A DNA stretch of 64,000 bases from Carcharhinus amblyrhynchos (GCA_965287045.1 OZ336874.1:53630001-53694000); one strand, 5' to 3'. Shown: positions 10,123 through 24,799, counted from the first letter of the stretch. Program-made: numbers and translations. Notes: generated by a model from the sequence alone, not told the origin.

Positions 10123-12959
10123 GGTCCTGTTTTGGACAGCTTTCAACTTTCAAAAAAAACATTTGTCTCAGGAAAAAAGTGAAGTCGTACAGACTGGAAC
10201 GCATGTTTGCAAAGTAGATTAATGTAACCTAGCGGGTGGTGACGTATGTTTAATATAATTGCAGTTAGTATTGCATTAAAAAACAAGTTTTCCATAAGTC
10301 GTGTTTTTTTTCTTCTGTGGGAGGAAACTTAAGTTCAATTAAGAAAGATTTTGTGAGCTTTGATCTACATTCTAGTGGTCAAAAACAATGGGACAAAAAT
10401 GGTGAATTGTTAATTGATGCATGAGTAGTTCACGATCTGAAATGCATTTAGTGAGCTTTTAGCACTGCAAATGAACAGTTTTTATTGTTTGGGAGGGAGA
10501 AGTGAAAACATTGTTGTCTCAAAAGTTTCTCACAGTACTTTTACACTAATTAAAAATGGATTGTGAAACTTCTGCAGCGGAAGATACTTTTCTTTAAACT
10601 GTTATTCTAATATATATATCAAATGAAACTTTCATTTGTGAAAGTTTTTATTTCTTTATATTGATAAAGTCTCATGAAATTCAGTAAATGCCACTTTATA
10701 AAATAAAGTTTCAACGTGTTATTTTTATGAGTAATCCTCTTGTGGTTTTATTTTCATTTATTCAAAGTTTTTATTGCTACCTGTAGTTGTGATTTTTTTT
10801 CTTCCAAATGATTTTTGTCTTCTCATTTGCTTCACATACTGCCTTTGTCCCTCTGTCTTTCTTCCTCCTCCCCAAATGGCTGACAGCAGCAGGAATCTTA
10901 TGTAGCTGTGTGTGTTCTCAGTAGTGTGTGTAACGCTTTGGTCACGAACATGGGCTCTGCACAAATAAACCAAATGAGCAGCAGTTGCATATTTCTGTGG
11001 TTAAATGTATAAACAGAAGGGAGTGCAGAGTGAGGAACTGAGACAGAAGTTGTGGGGGGCATGGGGTTCTGTATGGGGGGGACCAGTTTTCTTGGTTGGC
11101 GAAAACTGACATCATAAATGATGGGGTTGAAGGGGGGACCATCATAAATAATGGGTGGGGGGATCATTGTGAACAACAGTTTCACAACCTTTATTTTCAG
11201 TCCATCAATTTTCAATCAAAAAATTTTGTAACATTTTAGTGCAAATTTAATTTGACCCATTGCAGAAAAGTATTGCTTTCATACTCCACCCATCACTAGC
11301 TACTGATGGAATCCAGTAAATATACCTTGCTGATGATAATGTGCTGAGATTCACATTAAAATTGTATCTAAAATTGATGAGGATACAGAATCATTTTAGT
11401 TAACTTGTTGTTTTGATAATTTATAGAAAGAACATATAGATATTTCTAAAGTTATTGGATTTTCATAATTCATTGCAGTTGGGTATGTGTGCATTTTTGC
11501 ATATTGAAAAATGTGTACAGTATCTACCCCATGCAAATGAAGATGATGTTTCCAAATCTAGTCTTCAGAAGGTTCATATCTAAAAGACTATGCTCACTAA
11601 ATACAAAAGGATTTGCAGTTTTCTTCCAATGACTCTTATAGTTTGGTTTTCCCAGAAGTTAATAAATCATACTTCATAACGTACCACTGTGTCTTTCTAC
11701 AAGAACATGGATTTAAATATTGTACAAATTTATAGCCAAAATATTTAAATTGTTTATAATAATGTACTTTTGGAACAGTGTTACAAGATGCATAATCTTA
11801 ATGTAGTCACTTTTTGTACCTCCTTTATTATTTACCACTTCAACATGTGAATTCTCCATTTTTTGCTCCACAGTTTATTCACCAGCAGGTAAATTTGAGC
11901 AGTATGAAATGGTTACCAGCCAACTATTCTCTTCTAGCCATGATTGGCAGGTGCTCCTTAGGGGAAACTTGAATGTAGATGTAATTTGTTACTAAAATTG
12001 ATATGGTTATAAGCTTCTTGAGAGTTTTCAGACACAATTTTCTCTTGAAACTGGCTTTCGTATCAGTCAATTGATAAGAATAATTGAGCACTACTGTATC
12101 ATCACGAAATTTATATACAGTGCCTGGCACTGTTGGTATCTTTCAGAACAAACTACCACTTATTCAGATCATGTATCCAATTGAAGTAGTTGATGCCAAC
12201 CGCCTTGTTAATAAACAAAAGGACCTAAAATATTGTTCAGTGTTTGGTTAAAACAACAGCGTTCAAAGTCATCTAGGAAAAGGACCTCACTGTTCAGATC
12301 AGATGTATTTTCTGTACTGTGCCATTGGATACTAAGCCAAAATATACCTGTTGGCATTGAACTGGATGCATTCAGTGGAAATTAATATATTTTCTTCTGG
12401 AAAGAAAATCCAGTTGATTACAAATATAACATCCTAAAAGAAGATCTCAAATTGGAGTCTTTCTCACCTTATTGACAAATACTATTTATTTCTGTTATTG
12501 TATATTTCCCAAGTATTTCAGCAATTAAGGCATTTTTTGATGATAACTATTTTCAGTTAAATAAATGATCTAATTAGTTGAATACTCACTATTTATGAAA
12601 AGCTTAACATTTACCATAAACGATTTAAATAATAACCTGCTTCCAGGTGTTTTGCACTTTAAGAACAAAAGAAAGAGTGAAATCAGGTGGGGAGGGTAGG
12701 GGGCTTCACCCATTGAGGCCATTTCTTCCACAGACCTATTGTGTTTTCCTTTCCAGCTATTTTGTTTTCTGCCTACATAATCCTTGACGTCCAAAGGCTT
12801 TTAAGCATGCATACCCAGTACAAACAACATCTTTGGCTATTAGACTTCTAAATTCCTCCTGTGCACAAAATTGTGCACCATGATATAAACTAACATTTGG
12901 CTTTCTCTGGAAACATTTTTTTTAATTTTAAAGATGTTCTTTACAGAGCTTCCCAGTTC

Positions 12960-13470
12960 ATATGGTAAAATACTCCTGCAGTTTGGAGCAGGAGTAGACC
13001 ATTCAGCCCTTTGATCTTGCTGCACCATTTAATAAGATCATGGCCATGATCTTGGTGTTTCTCAACTCCCCTTTGACATCTGACCCTCATAATCCTTGAC
13101 TCCCTGGTCTATCAAAAATCTCTCTAATACCACCTTGAATAAATTCAATGACTCAGCCTTCACTTCTTCTTTCTGGAGAAGAGAGTTCCACCATACTAAC
13201 TACACTTTGAGAGAAATAATTCCTCCACACCTCCATCTTATGATGGTCTTGTGTTTGAACTGTGCCCCTTGGTTCTAATCCCACAAACAGAAACATCCTC
13301 CCAAAGCTACCCTATCAAATCTACCATCAGGATCTGTATGTTTCAATAAGATCACCTCTCGTTCTTCTAAACTCTTATGGATGTAGGTCCAATCAATCCA
13401 ATCCTTCTTTATACATTAAGACCTTCATTCCAGGAATGAGTTGAATGAACCTTCTCTGAACTGCTTCTAA
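12960..13470 (-). mobile_element. CR1-like LINE 3' fragment, decayed
   Basis: GGAGCAGGAGTAGACCATTCAGCCC tail motif; reverse strand gives decayed RRTRGDLIETY-type ORF2 C-terminal sequence. Confidence 0.8.
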
Positions 13471-13477
13471 CCAAACC

Positions 13478-15700
13478 ATACACGTAAGAACTAAGAGGAA
13501 AAGTAGGTAATTTAGCCCCTCAAGCCTGCTCTGCCATTTAATACAATCACAGCTGATCTTATTTTGGCCTCAACTCCATTTTCCTGCACCTTCCCCATAG
13601 TCCTTCAAACCCTTATTAATTAAAAATCTGTCCACTTCATCCTTAAATTTACTCAATGTGCCAGCATTCCCCATGCTGTGTGGTATAGAATTCTACAGAC
13701 TCACAACCCTTTGAGAAAAATAATTTCTCCACATCATTGTTTTAAATTTGCCACCCCTTATCCTAAAACTATGACCTCTTGTTCTAAATTGCCCTACAAG
13801 AGGAAACATATTGTCTGAGTCGACTTTGTCAATCCCCTTTATCATCTTGCACACTTCAATTAGATCTGTTCTCATTCTTCTAAACTCCAGGGAGTATAGA
13901 TCTAAGCTGCCCAATTTTTCTTTATAAGACAAACCCCTGTTCTTTGAAATCAAAATACACGGTATTCAAGGTAAGCCCTGTACAGCTGCAGTAAAACGTA
14001 TCCACTTTTATAATCAGTTCCCCTTGCAATAAGTGCAAATGTTCCATTTGCCTTCCTAATCACTTGCTGTACCTGCATACTAACATTTTGTGATTCATGT
14101 ATCAGGCCACACAGATCTCTCTGTACCACTGAGTTCTGCAATCTCTCTCTATTTAGATATTATACTGCTTTTTTATTCTGCCGAAGTGGCAAGTTCACAT
14201 TTTCCCACATTCTACTCCATCTGACAAAATTTTGCCCACCCATTTAACTTGCATATATGTTGCTTTGCAGACTCTCATTCTTCTCTTGACAACTTAGTTT
14301 CCTATCTATCCTGGTGTCATTGACAACACTTGATACCATACATTTGGCCCCTTCATCCAAATCATTGACGGAGATCGTAAATAGTTGAGGTCCCAGCACT
14401 GATCCTATCATTTCCACTTGTCACAATTTGCCAACCTGAAAAAACCCATTATCCCTGCTGTTTCTTGTTAATTAACTGAATCTTTATCCATGCTAATATG
14501 TTACTCCTTACACCCTGTACTTTTAATGTGTGTACTAACCTTTGATGTGGCGCTTTATCAGATGCTTCTGGAAGTCCAAGTACATCGCATGTACAGGTTC
14601 ACCTTGATTATCTTGCTTGTACTTATTTTCAAAAAAACTTTAATAACTTAATTAAACATGGTTTCCCTTTCATAAACTCATGATGACTCTGCACAATCAA
14701 ATTATAATTTCCTAAATATCCAGCTATGACCTCTTTATTAATGAATGCTAGCAATTTCCTAAGGCAGATGTTAGGCTAACTAGCTATAATTTCTTGCTGT
14801 CTTCCTCCCTTTTTTGAATAAAGTATTACATTAGGTATTTTACAATCCACTGGGACCCTTCCGGAATCTAAGGAATTTTGGAAGGTTATAACCAATGCAT
14901 CTACTAACCCTGCAGCCACTTCTTTTAAGACCCTAGATGCAGGCCATCTGGTCCTGGGAACTTGTCAGCCTTAGGTCTAAAAGTTTTCTTGGCACCTTTT
15001 CCTTAGTGACGATGATTGTTTTGAGTTGATACTTGATTTTCAAGTATCTTTGAGAAGTTTTCTAAGTCTTCTATAGTAAAAACAGACACAAAATATCTAT
15101 TGCATGCCTCTCCAATTTCCTTATTTCATTATCAGTTCCATAAATGCATTCTCTAGGGACCAACACCAGCTTTAATTGCTATTTTCCTATTTAAAAATTT
15201 GTAGAAACTCTTATATGATTTTAAATAAGTAGCTTGCTTTCCGTCATTCTCTGCTTTCTCTTTTTAGTTGTTCTTTGTTGGTTCTTAAAAATAGACCTAA
15301 CATCTGACCACTAATCTTTGCAGATTTGTATCATGTTTTTTTTTCAATTTGATACTATCCTTTAACTTCCTTATTCAGTCATGACTGATGCGTCATTCTC
15401 AAAGAGTCTTTCTTTCTCATTAGGATATATCTTTGCTGACAGTTATGAAATAGCTCCTTAAAAATCTGCCACTGCATTTCTACTGTCCTACATTCTAACC
15501 TAGTTTCCCAATTCACTTTTGCTAGATCTGCATTCATATACTTATAATTATCTTTATTTAGGTTTATAACACTAGTCTGAGACTCATACTAAATTGAACA
15601 TGAAATTCTATCATGTTATGATCACTATTGCTAGAGACTCCTTTACAGTGAGGTTATTGATTAATCCTGACTTATTGCTCATTACTAAGTCCAAAATACA
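13478..15700 (-). mobile_element. Long decayed CR1-like LINE (end of endonuclease domain, RT and 3' UTR)
   Basis: ORF track: YKEKLGSLDLYSLEFRRMRTDLIEVCK..RTRGHS and QVQQVIRKANGTFALIARG. The far end reads ILDLVMSN..GLINNL on the - strand (APE C-terminus-like). Many frameshifts. Confidence 0.88.
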
Positions 15701-16247
15701 TCAACAGAACAAAAATAAATCAATCCACCACTACTAAAGATCGAAGTATGGCAATTCAAAATTAAAAGCAGAGTAACATTAGTAATTTACTCTCAGATTA
15801 TGCTACTACCATTTATTGTGCAAAATAAACTTTGATCTGGATTACAATTGTGACGGTACGGTCAGTATTAACAAAGTTGGAATTCAGTTCCACGTGACCA
15901 TTTACCAACATGCAAAGAACATCAATGCTTCCTATAACATACCTCAAGAAGTACTGTTACAGTAGCATATAAATTTAAGACAACACAATTGTTTGAAAAT
16001 TCCTTTCTTCACCAAAATATTTTATGCCAGTTTATGCACTTACTGTCAAAATACTGAGATAGGTTCTTATTCACTAGTTTGGTTTGGACTTGAATTGCGT
16101 TCTCCCAGTCAGTATAAATAAGCAGTCCAGGCCACAGTGAACTTAAGGGTTCACATTGTGTAGTGTAACTGAATCTTTTGATCACCTCTGTGTCTACATA
16201 CTCTACTCTTGCATCCTTCAATTGTTGTGCTCCCCACTTCGAATGTT

Positions 16248-16472
16248 CATATGAACATATGAATTAGGAGCAGGAGTAGGCAACTTGGTCCCTTGAGTCT
16301 GCTTCTCCATTCAAATAAGATCATGGCTGATCTGATTGTAACCTCAATTCCATGTTCTTGCCTATGCTGAGCCTTTTACCCCTTTGTTTATTAAGAACCA
16401 ATCTACCTCTGTCTTAAAAATATTCAAAGACACTGTTTCCACTGCCTTTTGAGGATGAGAGTTCCAGAGTTC
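16248..16472 (-). mobile_element. CR1-like LINE 3' end fragment
   Basis: CATATGAACATATGAATTAGGAGCAGGAGTAGG tail repeat followed by AAGATCATGGCTGATCTG. Confidence 0.8.
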
Positions 16473-17164
16473 CATATGATCTGTACAAGGTTTATTAATT
16501 TATTTGGAATATTACTCAAATTCCACCAACAAATTTTAATACTCAGCTGAAACAGTCGAAATGATTCCATATTTAACCTAAATAATATAATCATTTGACA
16601 TCAATAGTATAATTGTATACATGTATTATAGGCTTCAGCTACATTCTCAAATGCTTATTCCTTTTGATTGAGATTTCTGACTCCCAATAAACTACAATGG
16701 AAAGTTTGATTTGTGTAAAAGATACTACAGACATTGTTATTGCAGTATTCTATCGAATGATCCACTGTTATACAGTTGCTGCTTGAAAAATATTTTCTCC
16801 ATGTTGTTCCACAAGAATGCACAGCTCGCACAAGGATGAGTATTGCATTATTGACTGCTGTTGCAATCTCAAACGTACATTATCTGTTCTTCCGGTTATA
16901 CAAGGGTGACCTCAAGCCAAAGCTCCCTTGGCCCAGATAATCTTCAATTGAGGTAATGGCCAATGCTTCAGTGAAGCTTCAATGATAGACATTCTAAAAA
17001 TGGAATCCTAGCCACATGAAATATTCGTTTTTTTAAAAATGAGAATAAATAATGTTCTTAAAAACTTGTTAACCACTTTGATCGCTACTGAAACAACAAT
17101 ATAATTTTTAAAATGTGACTCATAATCCATACCATTAGAACTCTGAAGGTTTTGTCTATTTTAT

Positions 17165-17620
17165 TGGCCTATGAAGAGAGACTAAATAGACTGGGTCTGT
17201 ACTTGTTGGAGTTTAGAAGGATGAGGGGGGATCTTGTAGAGACGTTTAAGATAATGAACGGGAGGGATAGGGTAGAGGTAGAGAGATTCTTCCCGCTTAG
17301 AAAGGATAGCAGGACTAGAGGACCAGCCTCAAGATAAGGTGGGGGGACAGTTTAAATCGGAGTTGAGGAGGAACTTCTTCACTCAAAGGGTGGTGAATCT
17401 CTGGAATTCTCTGCCCGTTGAAGTGGTGGAGGCTACCTCGCTAAATATATTTAAGTCACGGGTAGATAGGTTTCTGATAGACAGGGAACTTAAGGGTTAC
17501 GGGGAGAAAGCAGGAAAGTGGAACTGATCCACTTCAGATCAGCCATGATCTTATTGAATGGCGGGGCAGGCTCAAAGGGCTGGATGGCCTACTCCTGCTC
17601 CTATTTCTTATGTTCTTATT
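17165..17620 (+). mobile_element. Relatively young CR1-like LINE 3' end
   Basis: YEERLNRLGLYLLEFRRMRGDLVETFKIMNG..; ELRRNFFTQRVVNLWNSLP..GYGEKAGKWN*; tail CCTACTCCTGCTCCTATTTCTTATGTTCTTA. Confidence 0.92.
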
Positions 17621-17741
17621 GACTTATTTTATTAGAGATTGGGTTACTGCTTCACCCTCTTTGGGCCTGGCTAATCAAGTAGTCCATTTTGTTATTTTAT
17701 ATATTCATTCTGGTTTAAGCAATGTTTTAAATTTGGATTAT

Positions 17742-17990
17742 ATACAATACATGGTGCAGGAAAGATCATCCAGCCCAACCGACTCATGCCAGAGTTTATG
17801 CCCTACTGGTGCCTTGTCCCATTTTTCCTCCATATAAATGTATCATAACCCCCTATTCCTTTCTCTCTCTTATACTTGTCAGACTTCTCAATAAATACAT
17901 ATATAATGTTTGCTTCAACTTGTCTGCAGGAATCAGTTGCAAATTCTCATCGTTCTTGGGTAAATAAGTTGCATCTGAATTCCCTATTTG
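17742..17990 (-). mobile_element. Old CR1-like 3' fragment
   Basis: Degenerate tail (GATCATCCAGCCCAAC..ATGCCAGAGTTTATG) and ORF2-end-like sequence. Confidence 0.5.
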
Positions 17991-18199
17991 TTCCTGATTT
18001 AGTCACTTCCATTTACATAACCAGTACTTTTCTCTTGAAAGTTTAGATGAGATTCATTTTTGTTTGTTTTCAACACACTGGTAACAATTCTACAGTTGTA
18101 CTTACCTGGTCATTCGTTGCCAAGATGTCCCAAAATGTATTAATAATTTATAGTCTTGAATTCAATATTAAAATAGCTCTTTTATTATCTTTTTGATGT

Positions 18200-18455
18200 T
18201 GGTAAATGTGGATGTGTCTTCCACTAAATTACAGTCATGTCATGAGTGTTCTGCCCAAAGGCAGGACCTTGGCTCATTGTCTGCTGATGCTTCATCCTGA
18301 GTTGTTTTCCTTTCTGTTTGACATTGCCTTCCAGTCCCAGGAGCCGGATGAGGAGCAGGTCCAAAGAATACCCCAGTCAGGACAGGAATCAAATCCAGAA
18401 GTGCTATTACGAATCACACATTGGCCACCTAGCCAACTGAGATAACCAGACTCCC
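18200..18455 (-). mobile_element. Old tRNA-derived SINE fragment
   Basis: Reverse strand begins GGGAGTCTGGTTATCTCAGTTGGCTAG (A-box-like) .. GGATTTGATTCC (B-box-like). Confidence 0.5.
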
Positions 18456-21400
18456 TTAAATTATAGTGTAACACCTAATCTCTTGTGCTTCAAAGGACAT
18501 TATCACATCAAACTATTCACTCATTGAAGATCTCTTCCGCCACTCTAAATCTGTAAACAGGACACCTCAAAAATGTCGATTAACTTGTGTTACATTGGTT
18601 TTAATAAATTTTTCCAACATTCAGGTCAATGAAGCACCATTTGAGTCTGGCAGAAATGCCAATATGTATTTTAAAATTTTTTTCCTTAGTATTGTGCTGT
18701 AATCAAGTATCACACATTGCCTAATATGCATTTTTTAAAAAAGCATCTTCTCTTGACACATACAAAGCTCTCCTTACTGCATTGGACAATACAGGACAAC
18801 ATGTGGGTAAAGCACTTGTAGATTGTAAGATTTATTTTTACAAGGCTCTGACTCTCAAATGTAAAACAAAAAGCTTGTATGTTGGATCGGTATTTAAACT
18901 GTATATATCTGTGCTTGAAGACTAAAATAAGACAGCTTCCAGATGTATGAACTGAGTGATCCATTTGTTTAGATTATGCTGCACAGCTGATGCCTAGATT
19001 AGTGCTGGCTGGACGAAGCTATGGGAGATTTGTCTGGTTTCCACGATGCCATGTTTATATTTCATTTGGATTCCTCCTTCAAAGCTGACCTCCCTGTGAC
19101 CTGCTGATAGGCTATGTCCACTAGGATACTGGCTTCATCTGGGCTACAACTGATCTCAATTGAAAAATTCAGATTCAGAGTTTTATTCTATTCTGTTTTT
19201 ATTGTCCTGCTTTGAGATTAATTTTGTCCAAATAATTGTGACCTTAATACTGAGATGCTGCTGGTGGAAGTTGGAGGTAACTGGTTAATTACATCTTGTT
19301 GAACTTTGGAAATGTATTATATCAAGACTGTATTACTATATATGTAGATCAAGATGTGCAGTTCTCTTGCATTTATTATTTAATTAGCTTAAAAAGTAGT
19401 TTAGTGCCATTGTTGATGGAAATGAGGGCAAAATGGTTGATGTTATCAGTATATTTAGTGATAAATTTCCAAATAAAACTATAACAAAAGGGAAAGGAAA
19501 TAAATGGCTAGTGTAGAGCTTTTAAAATAGTATAGCTAAAAGGCTTTTGGCCCAAGGCTAAGGGATCCTGCCCAAAAATGCCATATGTATTACACAATCA
19601 TGCATTGCAATGTAAACAGAATACTGTGCCATGGAAGCAGGGTGGTCTAAACCTCCATCCCTTTTTCCTCCCCCTCCCCCAGTTAAAAAATCTTCTGTGC
19701 TGTGAAATGACCACAGTAGTTGTAGTGTTATTTCTGTTTTGGCTGCTGAGCCAGGTTTTGGAACAAAACTGACAGTGAACATTTGAATTATTATAGACTC
19801 TGCACTGCCAAAGAACTGCAACTGAATTCAAAATCCGGTAGAATCTGGGTCAGATCCAATTGTCTCATTGTTTTTCAACAGCTTAATATACATATAAAAT
19901 ATATATCCGTGTTTATATTTGCCAACTTTAGTAACATAATGTATTTCTCTTTTTGTCTCTATATATATATATTATATATGTTGTGTAATTTCTGCCAATG
20001 GTACAGTCCAATTTTACCATCATTGCCTTTGATATAGTGTCCATTAAAAGTGAAGTCAATTTGAAATGTAAGTATCTTTACGTTGCATCTAAATATACAA
20101 TATTTATATGATTTATTCTTTGACAAACTCTGAAGGTGTTTGATAATTAAGTGGCTCAAAATATTGTGCAAAATTTTCTCTTTCAAATTAGAAGGCAGTC
20201 TTTTCCCTCAGCATTCTGAAGGTGGTTGTAGCACAGGTATCTTTCAACAGTCCAAGATGATTTTATTGTTAATTAGTAATTCATTTATTCTCTGTGAAAT
20301 ACTGGAGGAGGAGATTTTTTTTTCTGTCACTTTTATCTAACTAGTTTTATTGTTTTAATACCTGCTGTAAAGAGAACCCATGCGCTTCATTCTGGAGATC
20401 TTGGGAAGAAATGGGTGGATCTAGTAGTTTTTCTTTTTTTTTAAAGCTACTGTTTCACATGGCTTGCAAAATATATCTCTTTTTTTTGTTTCCCACACCA
20501 ATTGATTTATCATTTTGCTTGCAAGCAGACTTAGAATGTTAGGGCAGGAACACACTCACTTTTTTCTCGTAACTTTTTTGTTGCAGGCCGAAACCAGTTG
20601 ACTTGAATAAATTTTTCTGCAGTCTGAATGAAGCCAGCAACGTGGAAAAATCTTGCCATTCAGGGTTGTCTGAATGTACATTTCAGCCACACAGTAAGCT
20701 GTATTTGTAGGCAGTGGACTGCTAAATACAACCATTTTTCGCAGCGGAGAGTTAGACAGGTGATTAGCATAATTAGCACAGACCAAGCTATACATATGGA
20801 AATGCTAAGTGTGTAAATGCCAGCTGCGGTGTAAAATTTATGTCAGGGGGTCGACAGGGCTGTGTGAAAGTATTGTGTTACAGCTGCAGGTCAAAGCCTC
20901 CATTCCTTACCCCCTTTCTTTTGATAGTGAATGCGCTAAACAGAAGAGAGGAGAGAAAGAACGGGAAAGAGAAGAGAAGAAGGAATATAACAGATAAGGC
21001 TTTGATAAAACATCATGATTGCTCTAAAAGTTTCTATTTTCTTTAGTGAGTTTGTTTTTATTCTTTTTCCCACCTTCAGTGCATCTGTGTATTTGTTGAC
21101 TTTAACCATTTCTCGTCATAATTTCCATACAATGTTGCACCCATTTTAGTTTCTGAAATTTGTGAAATACTTTTGAAAGGAAGCATCTGTTTTGGTTTGC
21201 AGTGAAATATAACAACCACTGACACATATGTAAGTGTATTTTTGTGTAAAATGTTTCTTCCTTGTGCACAAATATCAATTTGGTAACAAAACTGAATGAG
21301 AGCCTACCATATCATGGTATGTGATCTTTAGGAAGATAAAAAGTTTAGATTTCTTTTTTTCAGATTTCTAAAGTTCCTTCTTATTTCCTGACAGGGAAAA

Positions 21401-22164
21401 AAAGCACTAGGGGGATATATTTGAGCGCATAAATTTCATTTTCTATAAATTGTTCATTCAGTTTTTGGTTGTGTATCTAATTTGTGATAGACTTGTGGTG
21501 TCAGTAGTGGAGTATAGTTAACATCACACTGACCCTGTGATGAAACTTCCTTGTGTCTGCAGGGGGTCCTTATGAGTCGGCCCCTAATCCAGCTAATCCT
21601 AGTCGCAACAAAATCATGAAAGTGGCCCCCAGTGATGTGTGTTTCCCTGCACAGATGCAGAAGGAAAAGTGTTGGCTATAAATCACTCTGAAATGATGTT
21701 CCATACAGACTGGGGAGCTTGTGTGAAGCTGGGGGCGGCCATTGTGTTTGCCCCATGTGGCCTACAGTGGAAAACCAATGAAAAGAGACTTTGTTGCCTA
21801 GAGGTGAGACCTGCTCAGTACTGATCAGTGATGTCAGCTTTACAGAATGTGGATAAGAGGAGTTTTGGGGTCAGTGTGACGCAACAAAAGTGAACGTAGT
21901 GACATGAGATTTCAGTTTTTACCAGAGTGTAAGACACAAGTTTTTTGTAGTAAGACTAGTCAAGTAGATGTTAGGATTTTTTTATACTTTGGAACTCAAA
22001 TTTATTTCCTTCGATATCATTAGTCTTATGTGTTGCAACGAAATTCATTTTTACAAGAGGATAGCCAAAAGTTAATTTTGCATGGTTTTACAGTTATGAA
22101 TATTTACAGTTCAAGTTTACATTCAACAAAATTATAATTTTCAGTTCTATATGCTTTTTTTATT

Positions 22165-22900
22165 TGTCATAGAATGTGGGCATCGCAGATCCCTAATTAC
22201 CTGCAGGAAGGTGGTGGTGAGCCACTTTCTTGAATTGCTGCAGGAACACCAACAATGTTGTTAGGGAGGGAGTTCTAGAACTTTGCCCCAGCAACAGTGA
22301 AGGAATGGCGGCATATTTCCACATCAGGCTGGTGTGTGACTTGGAGGGCTATTTGCAGATGGTGGCGGTGCTCCCATGCATCTGCTGCCCTTGTTCTAAA
22401 TGGTACAGGTCATGGGTTTGGAAGGTGCTGTCGAAGGAGCTTGGTGAGTTACTATGATGCACCGTGTAGATGGTACACAGTACTGCCACTGTGAGTAGAA
22501 AAGGGATTCAATGTTGCTGGAAGGGGTGCTAGTCAAGCAGGCTGCTTTGTCCTGGATGGTATCAAGCTTCTTCAGAATTATTAGAGTTCATCCAGGCAAG
22601 TGGAGAATATTCCATCAGCTCCTAGGGTGGTAGCCTTGGGTGATCAGGAGGTGTGTTACTCGCAGAATTCCCAGCCTCTGACCTGCTCTTGTAGCCACAA
22701 TGTTGAAATGGCTGGTCCAGTTCAGTTTCTTTGAATGGTGAGCACCAATACGTTGATAATGGGGGAATTCAATGATGGTAATACCATTGAATTTTGAGGA
22801 AAGATGTTTGGATTCTGTCTTGTTGGAGTTGACATTGCCTGGTGCTTTTGTGGTGTGAATGCTATTTGCCATTTATTAGCCCAATCTTGCTGCGATGCAC
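22165..22900 (-). mobile_element. Decayed LINE (CR1/L2 group) 3' portion
   Basis: ORF track on - strand: KLNWTSHFNIVATRAGQRLGILR and DWANKWQIAFTPQKHQAM, typical post-RT motifs. Confidence 0.8.
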
Positions 22901-24799
22901 AGTCATGCAGACCAACTATCAAGTCTGATCTGTAACTGTCTGTTAACTGATCCAGTTAGTCAGGCACTGCAGTTGTTCTCCAAACCAGCCGTTAGGGTGG
23001 AACAAAAATCAGCCCAAGGTTCTTGCTTTATAATCAGAAATGTTGCTGGAAAATAGACATGTCTAAAGAATGGCTGAAGGTGGAATCAGTTTAGCTATGC
23101 ATTCGTGCTGAATAGTCTGATAACACTTACTTATGCATGATATTAGAGGCTGCTAGTATCACTGGAATGGTACCCCAGCATGATTTGCCTCCTTCAGGAC
23201 AGAACACTGAAACAGCATTTATTTTTAAGTCACAGAGCTACAAATCTTAATCTTGCTTTTGATGAGACTGGTACTGATTCATACATGATAGGGTTGTGAA
23301 CCTGATCAAATTTTTTGTAAAGATAGTAAAACGTGATTTTGTTCATTTTCATATTATCTTGATGGAAGAGTGCAGGTTTCAAACTGTGCTCCTAGGGTGG
23401 AGGTAGGACATTTTCCACGATCCAGGGTGCTAGAACTCCAATCAGAGTCCTATCTGTTGATAATGCAAACAGTGGCCTGGTTTTTCTATCCATTCCAAGT
23501 ATCAGAGCAGCTGAGGAGAGGAACTTCCAAGCTCTGAGGGCAAGCTGGACATGGAATGTGTACAGGTCACTCAGTAGTACATTTGGGGTTCACCAGGAGT
23601 CCAAGCTTGGTTCCAGCCCAGAATCCCTACTGGAAATCCCATAGCACGATAGGCATCAGATCACAGCAGCTTTTATAAATAGTTTTTTTGAAGACTGTCA
23701 ATGACTGATCATTTATTTTCACCAAGCCTCCTCTGGTAAACTATGTGCATCATGATAAAGGCATCCACAAATTGAATACAAATCAATTATCTAATCTTTA
23801 TCTTGGAAATTTTAACAGGGTTATAAGTGAGGATCACTAGTTCCCACTCTGCAAACGCCTACTTTGACAGAGCAGGTCTAAGGATTATTGGGTCTATTTT
23901 GATTAGTTATGGCGTCAGCACTATTAAGAATCTGGTTTCCTGTAAGAGTTAATCATGATGCCTCTGTTATTAATATTGAAGTAGACTGGGTTAGCAGGAG
24001 ATACTATCTATTAAACATTTATCTTCCCATTGCCATTTTGGATGGGAGATTTTATCACATATTCATCTTTTGTGGTTAGGCTGGCACGGTGGGTGGTTTG
24101 ACCACCAACAGTGCTGTTGTTGGCCAGACAGCAGGAATGACTCAGTGGGGATTAATTTTCTGATTTCTCTTTTCCATATGAAGTCTATAACTAGTTTCTT
24201 CCAATCAATATAGCTGAGATTGGAAATTTATTCTAGTGAACATTCTCTTTTTAAGATGGCTTCTGTGAACTGTGGGTAACAGAAACCATATTGATTTTGT
24301 ACTAAAGAAATTCAATGTAAATAGTTGACAGAATAGAAATGTTCCAAATGAAAAAAATTACAGAATGTTGGCAAATAAAACTATAATAAAAAAAAGGAGC
24401 TTTCCTAGTTGTTTCCAACAGAACAATCACACTTCTTGGATGAGGCATGGGGACTTTGCAGGCAATGACATGATTTGACTTTGACTCACTGGGAAATATT
24501 GTTCTGATCTGATCATGCTCAGCGGAGAGTATACATAGTGAAAACTTTGCATTGTGCAGGACTTCAGAACTCCTAAGACTTCATGGCATTGGTAAATAAT
24601 TTCAGTAAACCATACCCAGTCCAAAATTTTTTTCAATTAATTAGTAAGTTAAACTACTGAGGCCTTGCTGCAATATATATGTCTGTATTTCCTGATTTAA
24701 TAATAACATTTACAGACATCTGATTTCAAGATTCTATCCTTTACTTACAATTTCAAGAAGTTAAAATACATCTTGCATAATCTGTGTATTTACATAGTT

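Noticed and set aside
11060-11170. G-rich short duplication CATCATAAAT(G/A)ATGGG..GGGGGGA
   Set aside because: Two imperfect copies of about 30 bp; G-quadruplex potential but nothing supports function.
13693-14141. ORFs with RT-associated motifs (also 17152-17527, 32914-33165, 39133-39598)
   Set aside because: Frameshifted, truncated LINE ORF2 remnants, not host genes or active elements.
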